Source: Candidatus Omnitrophota bacterium
GTDB lineage: Bacteria; Omnitrophota; Gorgyraeia; Gygaellales; Profunditerraquicolaceae
Direction of reading: 5' to 3'
NCBI GenBank assembly: GCA_026387335.1
Contig: JAPLLX010000007.1
Coordinates: forward strand, 243 to 64,242
DNA length: 64,000 nt
Under the pieces are notes generated by a model. The model saw only the letters and a program-made list of their open reading frames with translations. It was not told where the DNA came from and searched no databases. Made by a program: the position numbers and the translations under genes. Each line of letters begins with the position of its first letter. The stretch's first letter is position 1. Shown here in pieces: positions 20,447-30,439 of this stretch.

Positions 20447-21061
20447 ATGAGGGGTAAATTCATTACATTTGAAGGTTCGGAAGGCTGCGGCAAGAGCACG
20501 CAGTCGCGTATGCTTTATGATTATCTTAAGGCCAAAGGCAAGCGCGTCATTTATCTACGCGAGCCGGGCGCAACCAAAATAAGCGAGAAGATCCGGGATA
20601 TTTTGCTGGATGCCAAAAATCAGGCGATAATCCCAGAATGTGAAATGCTCCTTTATATGGCTGCCCGGGCGCAAATCGTAGGCGAAGTAATCTTGCCCGC
20701 GCTTAAAGACGGTAAAGTTGTTATCTGCGACAGGTTTCTGGATTCAACCCTGGCTTATCAGGGCTATGGCTTAGGTATGGATATTGATTTAATCAAGAAA
20801 GTCGGGAAATTTACCACTCGCGGCATAACCCCGGATCTAACTTTGTTTTTAGACCTGGCGGTCAAACGCGGGCTTAAGCACCGGCAAGCCAATCTGGATC
20901 GTATTGAGATGCGCTCGGTTAATTATCATTTACGCGTGCGCAAGGGGTATTTAAAATTAGCCAGGCAGGAGCCGGAAAGAATTAAAGTCGTTAAAGTAGA
21001 GAAAGATAAATTCCAAACTCAATCCAAGATAAGAGAGTTGGCTGAAGATTATGTCTTTTAG
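20447..21061 (+). CDS. tmk: Thymidylate kinase
   Basis: P-loop EGSEGCGKST and DRF motif. Confidence 0.9.
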   Translation: MRGKFITFEGSEGCGKSTQSRMLYDYLKAKGKRVIYLREPGATKISEKIRDILLDAKNQAIIPECEMLLYMAARAQIVGEVILPALKDGKVVICDRFLDSTLAYQGYGLGMDIDLIKKVGKFTTRGITPDLTLFLDLAVKRGLKHRQANLDRIEMRSVNYHLRVRKGYLKLARQEPERIKVVKVEKDKFQTQSKIRELAEDYVF

Positions 21062-21956
21062 CGCGATAAAAGGGCAGGATAAGCCGATAGGGATGCTTAA
21101 AACTTATATCGAGAATTCCTGCCTTGAGGGCGGGTATTTATTTGCCGGGCCTGAAGGGATAGGTAAGAAAATGACAGCCCTGGCTTTGGCCGAAGAACTA
21201 GTCGGAAGCAGCCAGCATCCGGATGTGCATGTGATTTCCAATGAAGATACGCAGATAAAGATAGATGTAATCCGCCAGCTGCAAAAAGATATAAACTTAA
21301 AAGCCTATGCAGGCCCTTATAAGGTTTTTATTATTGATAATGCCCATACCTTAACGCCTGAAGCGTCAAATTCTTTATTAAAGATATTGGAAGAGCCGCC
21401 TAAAAAAAGCCTGATTATCCTCATTAGCGACAAACCGAATCTGCTTTTTAAAACGGTTATCTCGCGCTGCAAGATTTTAAAATTCTTACCTCTTAAGAGA
21501 ACGGTGTTAGAGGATATTTTAAGAAAAGATTATAAATTAGATAACGCTTTAGCGCATTTCCTGGCATATTTCTCCGAAGGCAGGCTGGGGGGAGCGTTAA
21601 AATCAATGGACGAGGATATAATTAACAAAAAGAACAGCCTTATTGATAAATTTGTTCTAGCCGCTCGTCCGGCCCTGGATAGTTTCGCCGGGCAAAGCCG
21701 GCCGGAAGTGCGTAATGGTTTAAATTTACTGGTTACCTGGTTTCGGGATATTTATTTACTTAAGTCAGGCATGCCACTGGATGAGGCTATAAATTACGAC
21801 CGGGGGACAGAATTAACACAAGGCGCCCGCCGCCTTTCATTTTCGGATTTAGATATGATATTCGGGAATATAACAGCCGCGATAGCGTATCTAGAGATGA
21901 ATGTAAATACGAGATTATTAATATATAATCTGGGGATGGAGTTATGGAAGGTTTAA
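21051..21956 (+). CDS. holB: DNA polymerase III delta' subunit
   Basis: AAA+ clamp-loader-like (GPEGIGK). Position after tmk as in Firmicutes. Confidence 0.75.
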   Translation: MSFSAIKGQDKPIGMLKTYIENSCLEGGYLFAGPEGIGKKMTALALAEELVGSSQHPDVHVISNEDTQIKIDVIRQLQKDINLKAYAGPYKVFIIDNAHTLTPEASNSLLKILEEPPKKSLIILISDKPNLLFKTVISRCKILKFLPLKRTVLEDILRKDYKLDNALAHFLAYFSEGRLGGALKSMDEDIINKKNSLIDKFVLAARPALDSFAGQSRPEVRNGLNLLVTWFRDIYLLKSGMPLDEAINYDRGTELTQGARRLSFSDLDMIFGNITAAIAYLEMNVNTRLLIYNLGMELWKV

Positions 21957-22786
21957 TTTTTGTGCGCTTAAGGGATTCCGGCCAGGTCTATGCCTATAAT
22001 GCTTTAGGGTTTGCGGTTAAAGAGGGGGATTATGTAATAGTGGAGCATGACCGCGGCCAGGATTACGGCCAGGTAGTGCCGTCCTGCGATGCCAGTCATT
22101 GTAAAGTTAAGGATTCAGCTCCACAAGCAGCCGCGGGAAGCGCTGAAGCAGCTAAAGAGCAGCCTAAGAAAATATTACGCCTAGCCAGAGAAGCGGATAT
22201 AAAGCAGATCGAGGATAATCGGGTAAAAGCAAAAGAGGTGTTTAATTCTTGCGTTAAAAAAATAGAAGAGCATAAATTGGATATGAAACTGGTCCAGGCC
22301 GAGTATTCTTTTGACCGTTCAAAGATCGTATTTTATTTTACAGCTAACGGCAGAGTGGATTTCAGGAATTTAGTAAAGGACCTGGCCAAGATCTTTAAAG
22401 CCAGGATCGAATTGAGGCAGATAGGTGTGCGCGACGAAGCCCGGCTTTTCGGCGGATTTGGCCCCTGCGGAAGAGAGCTCTGCTGCGCGCGGTTCTTAAA
22501 AGATTTTGAACCGGTCACTATTAAGATGGCCAAGGAAGAGGGGCTTCCGTTAAATCCTCCCAAGATTTCAGGTATTTGCGGAAGGCTTATGTGCTGCCTT
22601 TCTTTTGAATATGAAAGTTATAAATTGCTCTCTAAGGGCCTTCCCCGCGAAGGAGAGCATGTGAATACCGCCCAGGGTAAAGGTAAGATCATGAGTGTAA
22701 ATGTATTTAAGCGTTCCGCTTCAGTGCAACTGGAAGACGGGACCTGGATAACGGTAAGTTATAGGGAAAAAGAGTATGGGAAATAA
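21944..22786 (+). CDS. ricT: PSP1-domain protein (RicT/YaaT-like)
   Basis: PSP1 C-terminal pattern with Cys cluster GPCGRELCCARFL...CGRLMCC. Confidence 0.75.
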   Translation: MEGLIFVRLRDSGQVYAYNALGFAVKEGDYVIVEHDRGQDYGQVVPSCDASHCKVKDSAPQAAAGSAEAAKEQPKKILRLAREADIKQIEDNRVKAKEVFNSCVKKIEEHKLDMKLVQAEYSFDRSKIVFYFTANGRVDFRNLVKDLAKIFKARIELRQIGVRDEARLFGGFGPCGRELCCARFLKDFEPVTIKMAKEEGLPLNPPKISGICGRLMCCLSFEYESYKLLSKGLPREGEHVNTAQGKGKIMSVNVFKRSASVQLEDGTWITVSYREKEYGK

Positions 22787-24278
22787 GTTTTATATAACTA
22801 CTCCTCTTTACTACGTAAACGCCTCTCCGCATATCGGCCACTCCTATACTACGATTGCCGCCGATACTCTCAGCCGCTATTTGCGTAAAGTAATAGGAGA
22901 GGATAAGGTTTGGTTTCTTACCGGTACTGATGAACACGGCCAGAAGATCCAGCGCGCCGCGGATGAAGCGAAACTAAACCCGCAGGATTTTGCGGATAAG
23001 ACGAGCTTGCAGTTTAAAAGCCTCTGGAAGGCGTTGGATATTTCCTATAACGATTTCATCCGTACTACTGAAGAGCGGCACATTAAAACCGTGCAAAAAG
23101 TTTTAGCTATCCTCTATAAGAAGGGGGATATTTATGAAGGAAAATACGTTGGCTTGTATTGCACACCCTGTGAAACCTTCTGGCTGGAATCGCAAGCTAT
23201 AGGGGGAGTATGTCCTGATTGTAAAAGGCCGGTAGATAAAATTACTGAGACAAATTATTTCTTTAAATTAACCAAATACCAGGACTGGCTGGTTAAATAT
23301 ATCGAGGCTCCGGCGAATAGTAAATTTATTTTACCGGCAATGAGACATAATGAAGTCTTAAGTTTCCTAAAATTAAATAAGTTGACCGACCTGTGTATCT
23401 CCCGGCCCAAGGAAAGATTAAACTGGGGTATCCCTTTGCCGTTTGCTCCCAGTCACGTTACTTATGTCTGGTTTGACGCGTTGATAAATTATATCAGCGC
23501 GGTCGGAGAGTTTGACGCTAAAGATAAGTATCATTCCAAATGGTGGCCGGCTGACCTGCATTTAATCGGTAAGGATATTTTAAGGCAACATGCGGTATAT
23601 TGGCCGATAATCCTGCAGGCTTTAGGGATAGAGCAGCCTAAGACAATATTCGCCCACGGCTGGTGGATGATCAATCAGGATAAGATGTCTAAATCCAAAG
23701 GCAACGTAATCAATCCGGTTGATATGGTAAATAAATTTGGCCTGGACGTTTACCGGTATTTTATATTACGCGATGTGCCTTTTGGTCTGGATGGAAATTT
23801 TTCGCCAGACGCGATTATTAAAAGATTTAATGGCGATTTAGCGAATGATTTAGGAAATTTAGTTTATCGCACGCTTACGATGGTTGAGAAATATTACGCG
23901 GGGAATATCCCTCCTTTGGATATCTACGGTCTTAAACTTAATGAGCGCGAGGAATTGATCAAGAAGTCTATCCAGGGCCTGCAGCAGGCAGTTTATGCGC
24001 CATTAAGTTCTGATTTTGATTTTAGTTTGGCCCTTGAGAAAATTTGGGAATTGATAAATATGGCGAATAAATACGTTGAAGAGACCAAGCCCTGGAATTT
24101 AGCAAAAGAAAAGAAGGACGCGGAGCTTAAAATATTTATCCGTCTCTTAGTGGAAGTAATCAGAAAAGTCAGCGTTGAGCTCGGCGCGTTTATGCCGCAG
24201 ACAGCCGCTTTGATCAATGAGCAGATCGGTAATGATTCAATCAAGAAAGGCGCTCCGTTATTCCCCCGCATATGTTAG
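22776..24278 (+). CDS. metG: Methionyl-tRNA synthetase (short form)
   Basis: HIGHSYT, zinc knuckle CTPCETF...CPDC, KMSKS. Confidence 0.95.
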   Translation: MGNKFYITTPLYYVNASPHIGHSYTTIAADTLSRYLRKVIGEDKVWFLTGTDEHGQKIQRAADEAKLNPQDFADKTSLQFKSLWKALDISYNDFIRTTEERHIKTVQKVLAILYKKGDIYEGKYVGLYCTPCETFWLESQAIGGVCPDCKRPVDKITETNYFFKLTKYQDWLVKYIEAPANSKFILPAMRHNEVLSFLKLNKLTDLCISRPKERLNWGIPLPFAPSHVTYVWFDALINYISAVGEFDAKDKYHSKWWPADLHLIGKDILRQHAVYWPIILQALGIEQPKTIFAHGWWMINQDKMSKSKGNVINPVDMVNKFGLDVYRYFILRDVPFGLDGNFSPDAIIKRFNGDLANDLGNLVYRTLTMVEKYYAGNIPPLDIYGLKLNEREELIKKSIQGLQQAVYAPLSSDFDFSLALEKIWELINMANKYVEETKPWNLAKEKKDAELKIFIRLLVEVIRKVSVELGAFMPQTAALINEQIGNDSIKKGAPLFPRIC

Positions 24279-25030
24279 TTGAAACGCATTGCCATTTAGA
24301 CTTTCCGGAATTTGACCACGATAGAGATGAAGTCATTCAGCGCGCCAAAGACCAGGGTATTGATTATATCGTCAATATCGGCTCAAGCCTGAAGGGTTCT
24401 CTGGCCTCCGTAGAATTATCCCGGAAATATGAATCCATATACGCTACAGTGGGTATCCATCCTCACGAAGCAGACACATTTGATCTAGAAACGGGAGAAA
24501 CTATTAAAGGTCTGGCTAAAAATAAAAAAGTTGTCGCTATAGGAGAAATAGGCCTGGATTATTTCAAGCGCTATTCTAAGAAGGAAAACCAGCTCCCGTT
24601 ATTTCTTGCCCAGTTAAATTTGGCAAAAGAACTAAATCTTCCGTTGGTTATACATACCAGGGATGCTCAAGCTGACACCTTAAAGATTTTAAAAGAAGCA
24701 ATGCCGGTAAGGGCGGTAGTGCATTGTTTCTCGGGTGATAACCTTTTTTTAAAAGAATGCCTGGACTTAGGTTTTCTAATTTCATTTACCTGCAATATTA
24801 CTTATAAAAAAGCGCAAGATTTAAGGGAAATAGTTAAATTTACCCCCCTTGATAGATTGATGCTTGAGACAGACGCGCCTTATTTGTCGCCGGAAGGTTT
24901 CCGGGGAAAAAGAAATGAACCTGCTCAGATAAGGTTGTTAGCTGAAGCTGTCGCGGCTCTTAAGGGTTTAAAATTAGATGAAGTAGAACGCGCTACTACA
25001 GAAAACGCCCGGAGGTTCTTTAGTTTTTAA
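24272..25030 (+). CDS. tatD: TatD-family metal-dependent DNase
   Basis: HCHLDF N-terminus and TatD pattern. Confidence 0.85.
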   Translation: MLVETHCHLDFPEFDHDRDEVIQRAKDQGIDYIVNIGSSLKGSLASVELSRKYESIYATVGIHPHEADTFDLETGETIKGLAKNKKVVAIGEIGLDYFKRYSKKENQLPLFLAQLNLAKELNLPLVIHTRDAQADTLKILKEAMPVRAVVHCFSGDNLFLKECLDLGFLISFTCNITYKKAQDLREIVKFTPLDRLMLETDAPYLSPEGFRGKRNEPAQIRLLAEAVAALKGLKLDEVERATTENARRFFSF

Positions 25031-26152
25031 ATGAGCTCACAGGTAAGCATTATAAAATGCGCTAGTTACAACCCGGTATTGGTGGAAGTAGCGTTAAGGA
25101 AAGCTATAAATGCAATCGGCGGGATAACCCATTACGTTAAATCGCAGTCAAAAGTATTGGTTAAGCCCAATTTGCTTATGGCGAAGCCGCCGGAGTGCGG
25201 GATTGATACGCATCCGGAGGTGCTGCGGGCGGTGATCAGGGTTTTAAAAGATATTAATTGCCATATCTTTGTCGGAGACTCTCCCAGCGTCTGGGGGAAT
25301 GAAATCGAGAACGTGGATGAGGTTTACCGCAGGTCAGGCATTACGGATGTTTGTGGGCAAGAAAAAGTGGAGCTGGTTAAGTTTGATAAGAGGCGTATGC
25401 GGGCCAAGTTCCCTTTAACTACCTGGCTTGACCATTGCGATTATTTAATCAGTATACCGAAGTTTAAGACTCACGAGCTTACACTATTAACCGGCGCCAT
25501 TAAAAACCTGTTTGGTTTGGTCTCGGGGACTTTTAAGACAGAGCTGCACAAAAATTATTTTCAGCTAGAAGATTTTTCCAGGATTTTAGTGGATATTTAC
25601 GCCGAGGCTAAGCCGGCCCTGACTATTGTAGATGGTATTGTGGCCATGGAAGGCGATGGCCCGGCAACCAGCGGAAAATTGCGGGACTTAGGGATTCTCT
25701 TAGTGGGAGATGACTGTGTGGCGCTAGATAGTATTATGGCTAAGATAATGGGAGTTGAGCCTTTGGATGTATTAAGCACTAAAGAAGCAGCCAGAAGGGG
25801 CTTGGGAGTAGCCGATATAAATGATATAAAGATCTGTGGAGAAACACTCAAGGGTTTAAATACCCGGCCGTTTCTGCTTCCTTGCGCGTCGCGCTTACAA
25901 AGGAGAATCCCTCAGCCGATAATCAAGCTGGCTAAATTATTAATTAAATATTATCCTCATCCTGTGCCTAAGAATTGCACCAGGTGCACAGCTTGTATTA
26001 AGATCTGTCCGGGTAATTGTATAAGTATGGCTAAGCAAGGGATTGTTTTTAATTATAGGAAATGTATCTCCTGTTTTTGTTGCCAGGAGGCCTGTCCGGC
26101 TAAAGCCATTAGAGTGAAGAAGAGCTTATTTGCCAAAATCATCGGCCTTTAA
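25031..26152 (+). CDS. DUF362 domain protein fused to 2x[4Fe-4S] ferredoxin domain
   Basis: C-terminal CTRCTACIKICP and CISCFCCQEACP cluster motifs. Confidence 0.6.
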   Translation: MSSQVSIIKCASYNPVLVEVALRKAINAIGGITHYVKSQSKVLVKPNLLMAKPPECGIDTHPEVLRAVIRVLKDINCHIFVGDSPSVWGNEIENVDEVYRRSGITDVCGQEKVELVKFDKRRMRAKFPLTTWLDHCDYLISIPKFKTHELTLLTGAIKNLFGLVSGTFKTELHKNYFQLEDFSRILVDIYAEAKPALTIVDGIVAMEGDGPATSGKLRDLGILLVGDDCVALDSIMAKIMGVEPLDVLSTKEAARRGLGVADINDIKICGETLKGLNTRPFLLPCASRLQRRIPQPIIKLAKLLIKYYPHPVPKNCTRCTACIKICPGNCISMAKQGIVFNYRKCISCFCCQEACPAKAIRVKKSLFAKIIGL

Positions 26153-26160
26153 TTAAAATA

Positions 26161-26233
26161 GGGACGGTTCTCAACTCAAAGCAAAAGTGTCCCCTAGATG
26201 GGGACAGTTTAAGATTGGCTTGAGAACCGTCCC
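26161..26233 (+). repeat. Hairpin GGGACGGTTCTCAA-N45-TTGAGAACCGTCCC, second member of the GGGACGGTTCT inverted-repeat family
   Basis: Direct reading. Shares 11-12 nt stem core with 4274..4317. Loop contains GTCCCC-tagat-GGGGAC mini-hairpin. Confidence 0.5.
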
Positions 26234-26244
26234 TGGAGAAAACT

Positions 26245-27285
26245 ATGAAAATAATTACTATCGAATGGAGAAATAATAAAATCAAGCTGATTGACCAGAC
26301 TAAGCTTCCGCATAAGCTGGAATACCTATATATAGATAAGTTAGAAGATTTGTGGCAGGCGATCAAACAGTTAAAAGTCCGTGGCGCCCCCGCGTTAGGG
26401 GCGGCAGCCGCGTTAGGGATGTATCTGGGGATCAAGGATGCAAAAGCAAAAGATTTTAAGCTTTTTACTAAAGAGCTGGAGAGGGTCAGCCGTTATATTG
26501 GCAGTTCCCGCCCGACGGCCAGAAATCTTTTTTGGGGGATAGAAAGAGTACGCCGGGTGTTAAAGGTAAACAAAAACAAAAGTGTGCCTACGCTTAAAAG
26601 ACTTATACTGGAAGAAGCTCATAAAGTTATTGCCAGCGATATGGCCAGCTGCCGAAAGATCGCTCAATACGCAAGTAATTTAATCAAAGATAATGACACA
26701 GTGTTAACTATTTGTAACGCCGGGATCCTGGCTACAATTGATTATGGCACAGCCTTAGGCGTGCTTTACCGGGCTAAGGAAGAAGGGAAAAGAATAAAAG
26801 TTTTTGCCTGCGAGACCCGGCCGCTTCTTCAGGGTTCCCGGCTTACTGCCTGGGAGCTTAAGCAGCGCGGTATTGATGTAACTGTAATCTGCGATAATAT
26901 GGCGGCTACGCTTATGCGCCAGGGTAAAATTAATAAAGTAATTACCGGAGCTGACCGGATTGCCGCCAACGGGGATACCGCCAATAAAATCGGCACCTTT
27001 AATCTGGCAGTCTTAAGCAAGTACCATAACATTCCTTTTTATATTGCCGCTCCCGTATCCACCTTTGATTTAAATACGCAATCCGGCGCTGGTATACCGG
27101 TTGAAGAACGCGGAGCCCGTGAGGTGAGGGAGTTATTATTTAAGAAAATAGTCGCGCCCAAGGGGATTAAGGTATTTAACCCGGCGTTTGACATAACGCC
27201 GCATAATTTAATCAGCGCGATCATTACGGATAAGGGAGTTATCCGGCAGCCGTCCAGAAAGAAGATTAAAAAGATATTAGGTTAG
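26245..27285 (+). CDS. mtnA: Methylthioribose-1-phosphate isomerase (eIF2B-like family)
   Basis: MtnA/eIF-2B family pattern throughout. Confidence 0.85.
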   Translation: MKIITIEWRNNKIKLIDQTKLPHKLEYLYIDKLEDLWQAIKQLKVRGAPALGAAAALGMYLGIKDAKAKDFKLFTKELERVSRYIGSSRPTARNLFWGIERVRRVLKVNKNKSVPTLKRLILEEAHKVIASDMASCRKIAQYASNLIKDNDTVLTICNAGILATIDYGTALGVLYRAKEEGKRIKVFACETRPLLQGSRLTAWELKQRGIDVTVICDNMAATLMRQGKINKVITGADRIAANGDTANKIGTFNLAVLSKYHNIPFYIAAPVSTFDLNTQSGAGIPVEERGAREVRELLFKKIVAPKGIKVFNPAFDITPHNLISAIITDKGVIRQPSRKKIKKILG

Positions 27286-27301
27286 TATTGGGGGAGAATA
27301 A

Positions 27302-28198
27302 ATGCAGGCAAAAGATATAGGCGAATTCAGGCTCATTCAGAGGTTTAAGCGGGAAATCCGGGTAGATTCCTCGGTAATTACAGGAAGCGGCGATGACTGC
27401 GCTGTTTTGAAGTTGGATAAACAAAACTACCAGCTTTTAACCTGCGATATGCTTATTGAAGGGGTGGATTTTACCCTTAAAGATAACCCTTATCTTATCG
27501 GAAGAAAAGCTATCGCGGTCTCGCTTAGCGATATAGCTGCCTGTTCCGGCCAGCCCCGTTATTGCGTTATTTCTTTGGGGCTACCCGGGAATACAGCTAT
27601 AAAGTTTATAGATAAACTTTTTCAAGGTATGTTAGATATTTCTAGGAAGTATAAAGTAAATATTGTAGGCGGTGATTTAAGTCGCAGTAAAAAAATTATT
27701 ATTGATGTAAGTATGCTCGGGCAGGTAGAGAAGAAGCGCCTTACCTTAAGGAGTAAGGCTTTACAGGGAGACATAATTTTTGTCAGCGGGCCCCTCGGAG
27801 GGTCTATTTTGGGCAAGCATCTTAAGTTTACGCCGCGCCTGAATGAAGCCAGGTTCTTGAGCCGCAATTTTAAGATTAACGCCATGATTGACATATCCGA
27901 CGGATTAGCCCAGGATTTGGGCCATATTTTAAATCAGAGTAATTGCGGAGCCGTAATATACGAGGATTTGATCCCTTTAAGCAAGGAAGCGGATGGTTTA
28001 TCCGCTGCCTTAAATGGGGGAGAGGATTTTGAGCTGCTCTTTACTCTCTCCAGGAAAGAAGCCGGGAAACTCTTAAAAGTGAAGCGTCCTCACTTTAGGC
28101 CTATCGGGGAAATAATGGCTAAAGATTACGGTTTTAAATTAATAGATAAGCAAAAAAGAGCGCTAAATGTCCGGCCAAAAGGATTCCAACATTTCTAA
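27302..28198 (+). CDS. thiL: Thiamine-monophosphate kinase (AIR synthase-related)
   Basis: GDDCAVL motif and PurM-like fold. Confidence 0.8.
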   Translation: MQAKDIGEFRLIQRFKREIRVDSSVITGSGDDCAVLKLDKQNYQLLTCDMLIEGVDFTLKDNPYLIGRKAIAVSLSDIAACSGQPRYCVISLGLPGNTAIKFIDKLFQGMLDISRKYKVNIVGGDLSRSKKIIIDVSMLGQVEKKRLTLRSKALQGDIIFVSGPLGGSILGKHLKFTPRLNEARFLSRNFKINAMIDISDGLAQDLGHILNQSNCGAVIYEDLIPLSKEADGLSAALNGGEDFELLFTLSRKEAGKLLKVKRPHFRPIGEIMAKDYGFKLIDKQKRALNVRPKGFQHF

Positions 28199-28668
28199 TG
28201 AAGATAATCTCTAATTCCGTTAAAGAGACTTTAAATTTGGGAGCGCTTTTAGCTAGGCATCTTCAGGCAGGGGATATAATCTGTTTACAGGGAGATTTGG
28301 GAACAGGTAAAACTACCTTAACCAAAGGAATTGCCGAAGGGCTGGGCGTAAGTCGAGCCGAAGTCACCAGCTCTTCGTTTATACTTATCCGTCAGCATTT
28401 AGAAGGCAGAGTCCCGTTATTTCATTTCGACCTTTACCGCCTTAAAGAAGCGTGTAATATAGCTGTTTTAGGTTACGAGGAGTATTTTTACGGTGAGGGG
28501 GTATCAGTGATTGAATGGGCCGAGAATTTAAAATACCTTATGCCTAAAGAGCGGCTTATGGTAGAATTATCATATCATGCGGGGAACAAGAGGGCGTTTA
28601 ATTTCGCTGCGATAGGCGCTCGTTATAAAGAATTGCTTGGGAGGCTACGTGAAGATACTGGCCATTGA
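28198..28668 (+). CDS. tsaE: tRNA t6A biosynthesis ATPase TsaE
   Basis: GDLGTGKTTLTKG motif. Confidence 0.8.
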   Translation: MKIISNSVKETLNLGALLARHLQAGDIICLQGDLGTGKTTLTKGIAEGLGVSRAEVTSSSFILIRQHLEGRVPLFHFDLYRLKEACNIAVLGYEEYFYGEGVSVIEWAENLKYLMPKERLMVELSYHAGNKRAFNFAAIGARYKELLGRLREDTGH

Positions 28669-29332
28669 TACCGCGACTAAATATTTATCTCTGGGAATTT
28701 ATGACGGTGATAAAACCTATGAATATAATCTGGAGGTAGGTCCGAAACTCTCCTCGCTTCTGGCGTTGACTATAAAGAGAACGCTTGAGGCAATAGGTTT
28801 AGGCATAGGCGATTTGGATTATTTTGCCTGCGGCCTGGGTCCGGGTTCTTTTACCGGGATGCGGGTCGGCTTAAGCACAATGAAAGGATTAAGTTGGGCA
28901 GCCGCTAAGCCGCTTATCGGGATATCTACCCTGGATATACTGGCGATGAACGCGCTTGCTTATGGCAATAAGATGATTATTCCGGTAATTGACGCCAGAA
29001 GAAATCTTATATATTCTTGTTTTTATAAGAACCAAAACAACCTGCCTAAAAAAATATCTCCATACCTGCTTGTTACCAAGGGAGAATTATTTAAGAAGCT
29101 TAAACAGCCAGCCGCGATATTCGGGGACGCCCTTATTTTATACAAAGAGGATATTTTAAAAAGTATGCCCGCCGCTACACTATTAGATAAAGACGCATGG
29201 TATCCTAAGGCGCACAATATTATTCAGCTTGCGCTCCTGCGTATAAAAAATAAAAAGTTTGACGATTTGTTAAAAATAAATCCTATTTATATCTATCCTA
29301 AAGAGTGCCAGATCAAAAATGCTCATAAATAA
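28637..29332 (+). CDS. tsaB: tRNA t6A biosynthesis protein TsaB
   Basis: ILAIDTATKYLSLGIY N-terminus (inactive Kae1/YeaZ fold). Confidence 0.75.
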   Translation: MGGYVKILAIDTATKYLSLGIYDGDKTYEYNLEVGPKLSSLLALTIKRTLEAIGLGIGDLDYFACGLGPGSFTGMRVGLSTMKGLSWAAAKPLIGISTLDILAMNALAYGNKMIIPVIDARRNLIYSCFYKNQNNLPKKISPYLLVTKGELFKKLKQPAAIFGDALILYKEDILKSMPAATLLDKDAWYPKAHNIIQLALLRIKNKKFDDLLKINPIYIYPKECQIKNAHK

Positions 29333-30437
29333 TAATAAAATAGGCTACCGGCCGACCTGGGCCCAGATTGATTTGAATAACCTGGAGCATAATTTTCTTG
29401 AAATAAAGAAAAGGCTTGCTCCCGGGACAAAAATCCTGGTCACGGTTAAGGCGGATGCTTACGGCCACGGTTTGATTCCTGTCTCTAAAAGGCTGGTGGC
29501 TTGTAAAGTAGATTTCTTAGGAGTCGCTTCAATAGATGAGGGGATAACTTTAAGAAAGGCGGGGATCAAGGTCCCTATCCTGATATTAGGTTTAATACTC
29601 AAAGATGATATTCTTCCTCTCTTTGAGTATAATCTTTCTACTTCTGTCTGCGACGTAGGGCTAAGCCGGGCCTTGAATAAGAAAGCCGCTTTAAAACGTA
29701 AGAAACTTAACGTGCATATTAAAGTGGATACCGGAATGGGCCGTATAGGTGTGTCTCATTATGACGCGCATAAGCTGGTCAAGAATATTCATAATCTTAA
29801 ACACCTAAGGATTGAGGGGTTATTTACGCATTTTGCCTTCGCTGATCTGAACCGGGAGTTTACTTTTCATCAGATAGATTTATTTAATAAACTTATCCGG
29901 AAATTGAGTAAGGATAACATTAATATTCCTCTGGTGCATGCCGCCAACAGCATCGGCCTGCTTGATTATAAATATAGCCATTTTAATATGGTCAGGCCGG
30001 GCCTGATAATTTACGGCCTGCATCCCAAGGAAGAATTAAAGATAAACCTTAAACCGGTTTTAAGCCTAAAGACTAAAGTTATCTTCGTTAAAAAAGTTCC
30101 CGCCGGCAGCGGCATAAGCTACGGGCACGATTATATTACGAGTAGAGCCACCAAAATAGCCACTTTGCCTATCGGTTATGGCGACGGTTATCCGCGTAAC
30201 CTCTCCAATAAGGCCCCTGTTTTAATAAGAGGGAAGCGTTTTAAGATCTGCGGCAGGATTTGTATGGACCAGATCATGGTTGATGTAGGAAATGCTCCGG
30301 TAAAAGTAGGCGATGAGGTAGTCTTGATCGGTTCGCAGGGAAAAAATAAGATTACCGTCGAGGAATTAGCTGAGCTCTCCAATACTATTCCCTACGAAAT
30401 TGTCTGTGGCTTAGGCAGCCGGATCCCGCGAATCTGA
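29319..30437 (+). CDS. alr: Alanine racemase
   Basis: PLP-lysine motif VTVKADAYGHG. Confidence 0.9.
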   Translation: MLINNNKIGYRPTWAQIDLNNLEHNFLEIKKRLAPGTKILVTVKADAYGHGLIPVSKRLVACKVDFLGVASIDEGITLRKAGIKVPILILGLILKDDILPLFEYNLSTSVCDVGLSRALNKKAALKRKKLNVHIKVDTGMGRIGVSHYDAHKLVKNIHNLKHLRIEGLFTHFAFADLNREFTFHQIDLFNKLIRKLSKDNINIPLVHAANSIGLLDYKYSHFNMVRPGLIIYGLHPKEELKINLKPVLSLKTKVIFVKKVPAGSGISYGHDYITSRATKIATLPIGYGDGYPRNLSNKAPVLIRGKRFKICGRICMDQIMVDVGNAPVKVGDEVVLIGSQGKNKITVEELAELSNTIPYEIVCGLGSRIPRI

Positions 30438-30439
30438 TT

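Noticed and set aside
4272-26233. GGGACGGTTCT hairpins considered as CRISPR repeats
   Set aside because: Only two copies were found, and they are 22 kb apart. Each is an inverted repeat and is not arrayed with spacers. No cas genes are in the window.
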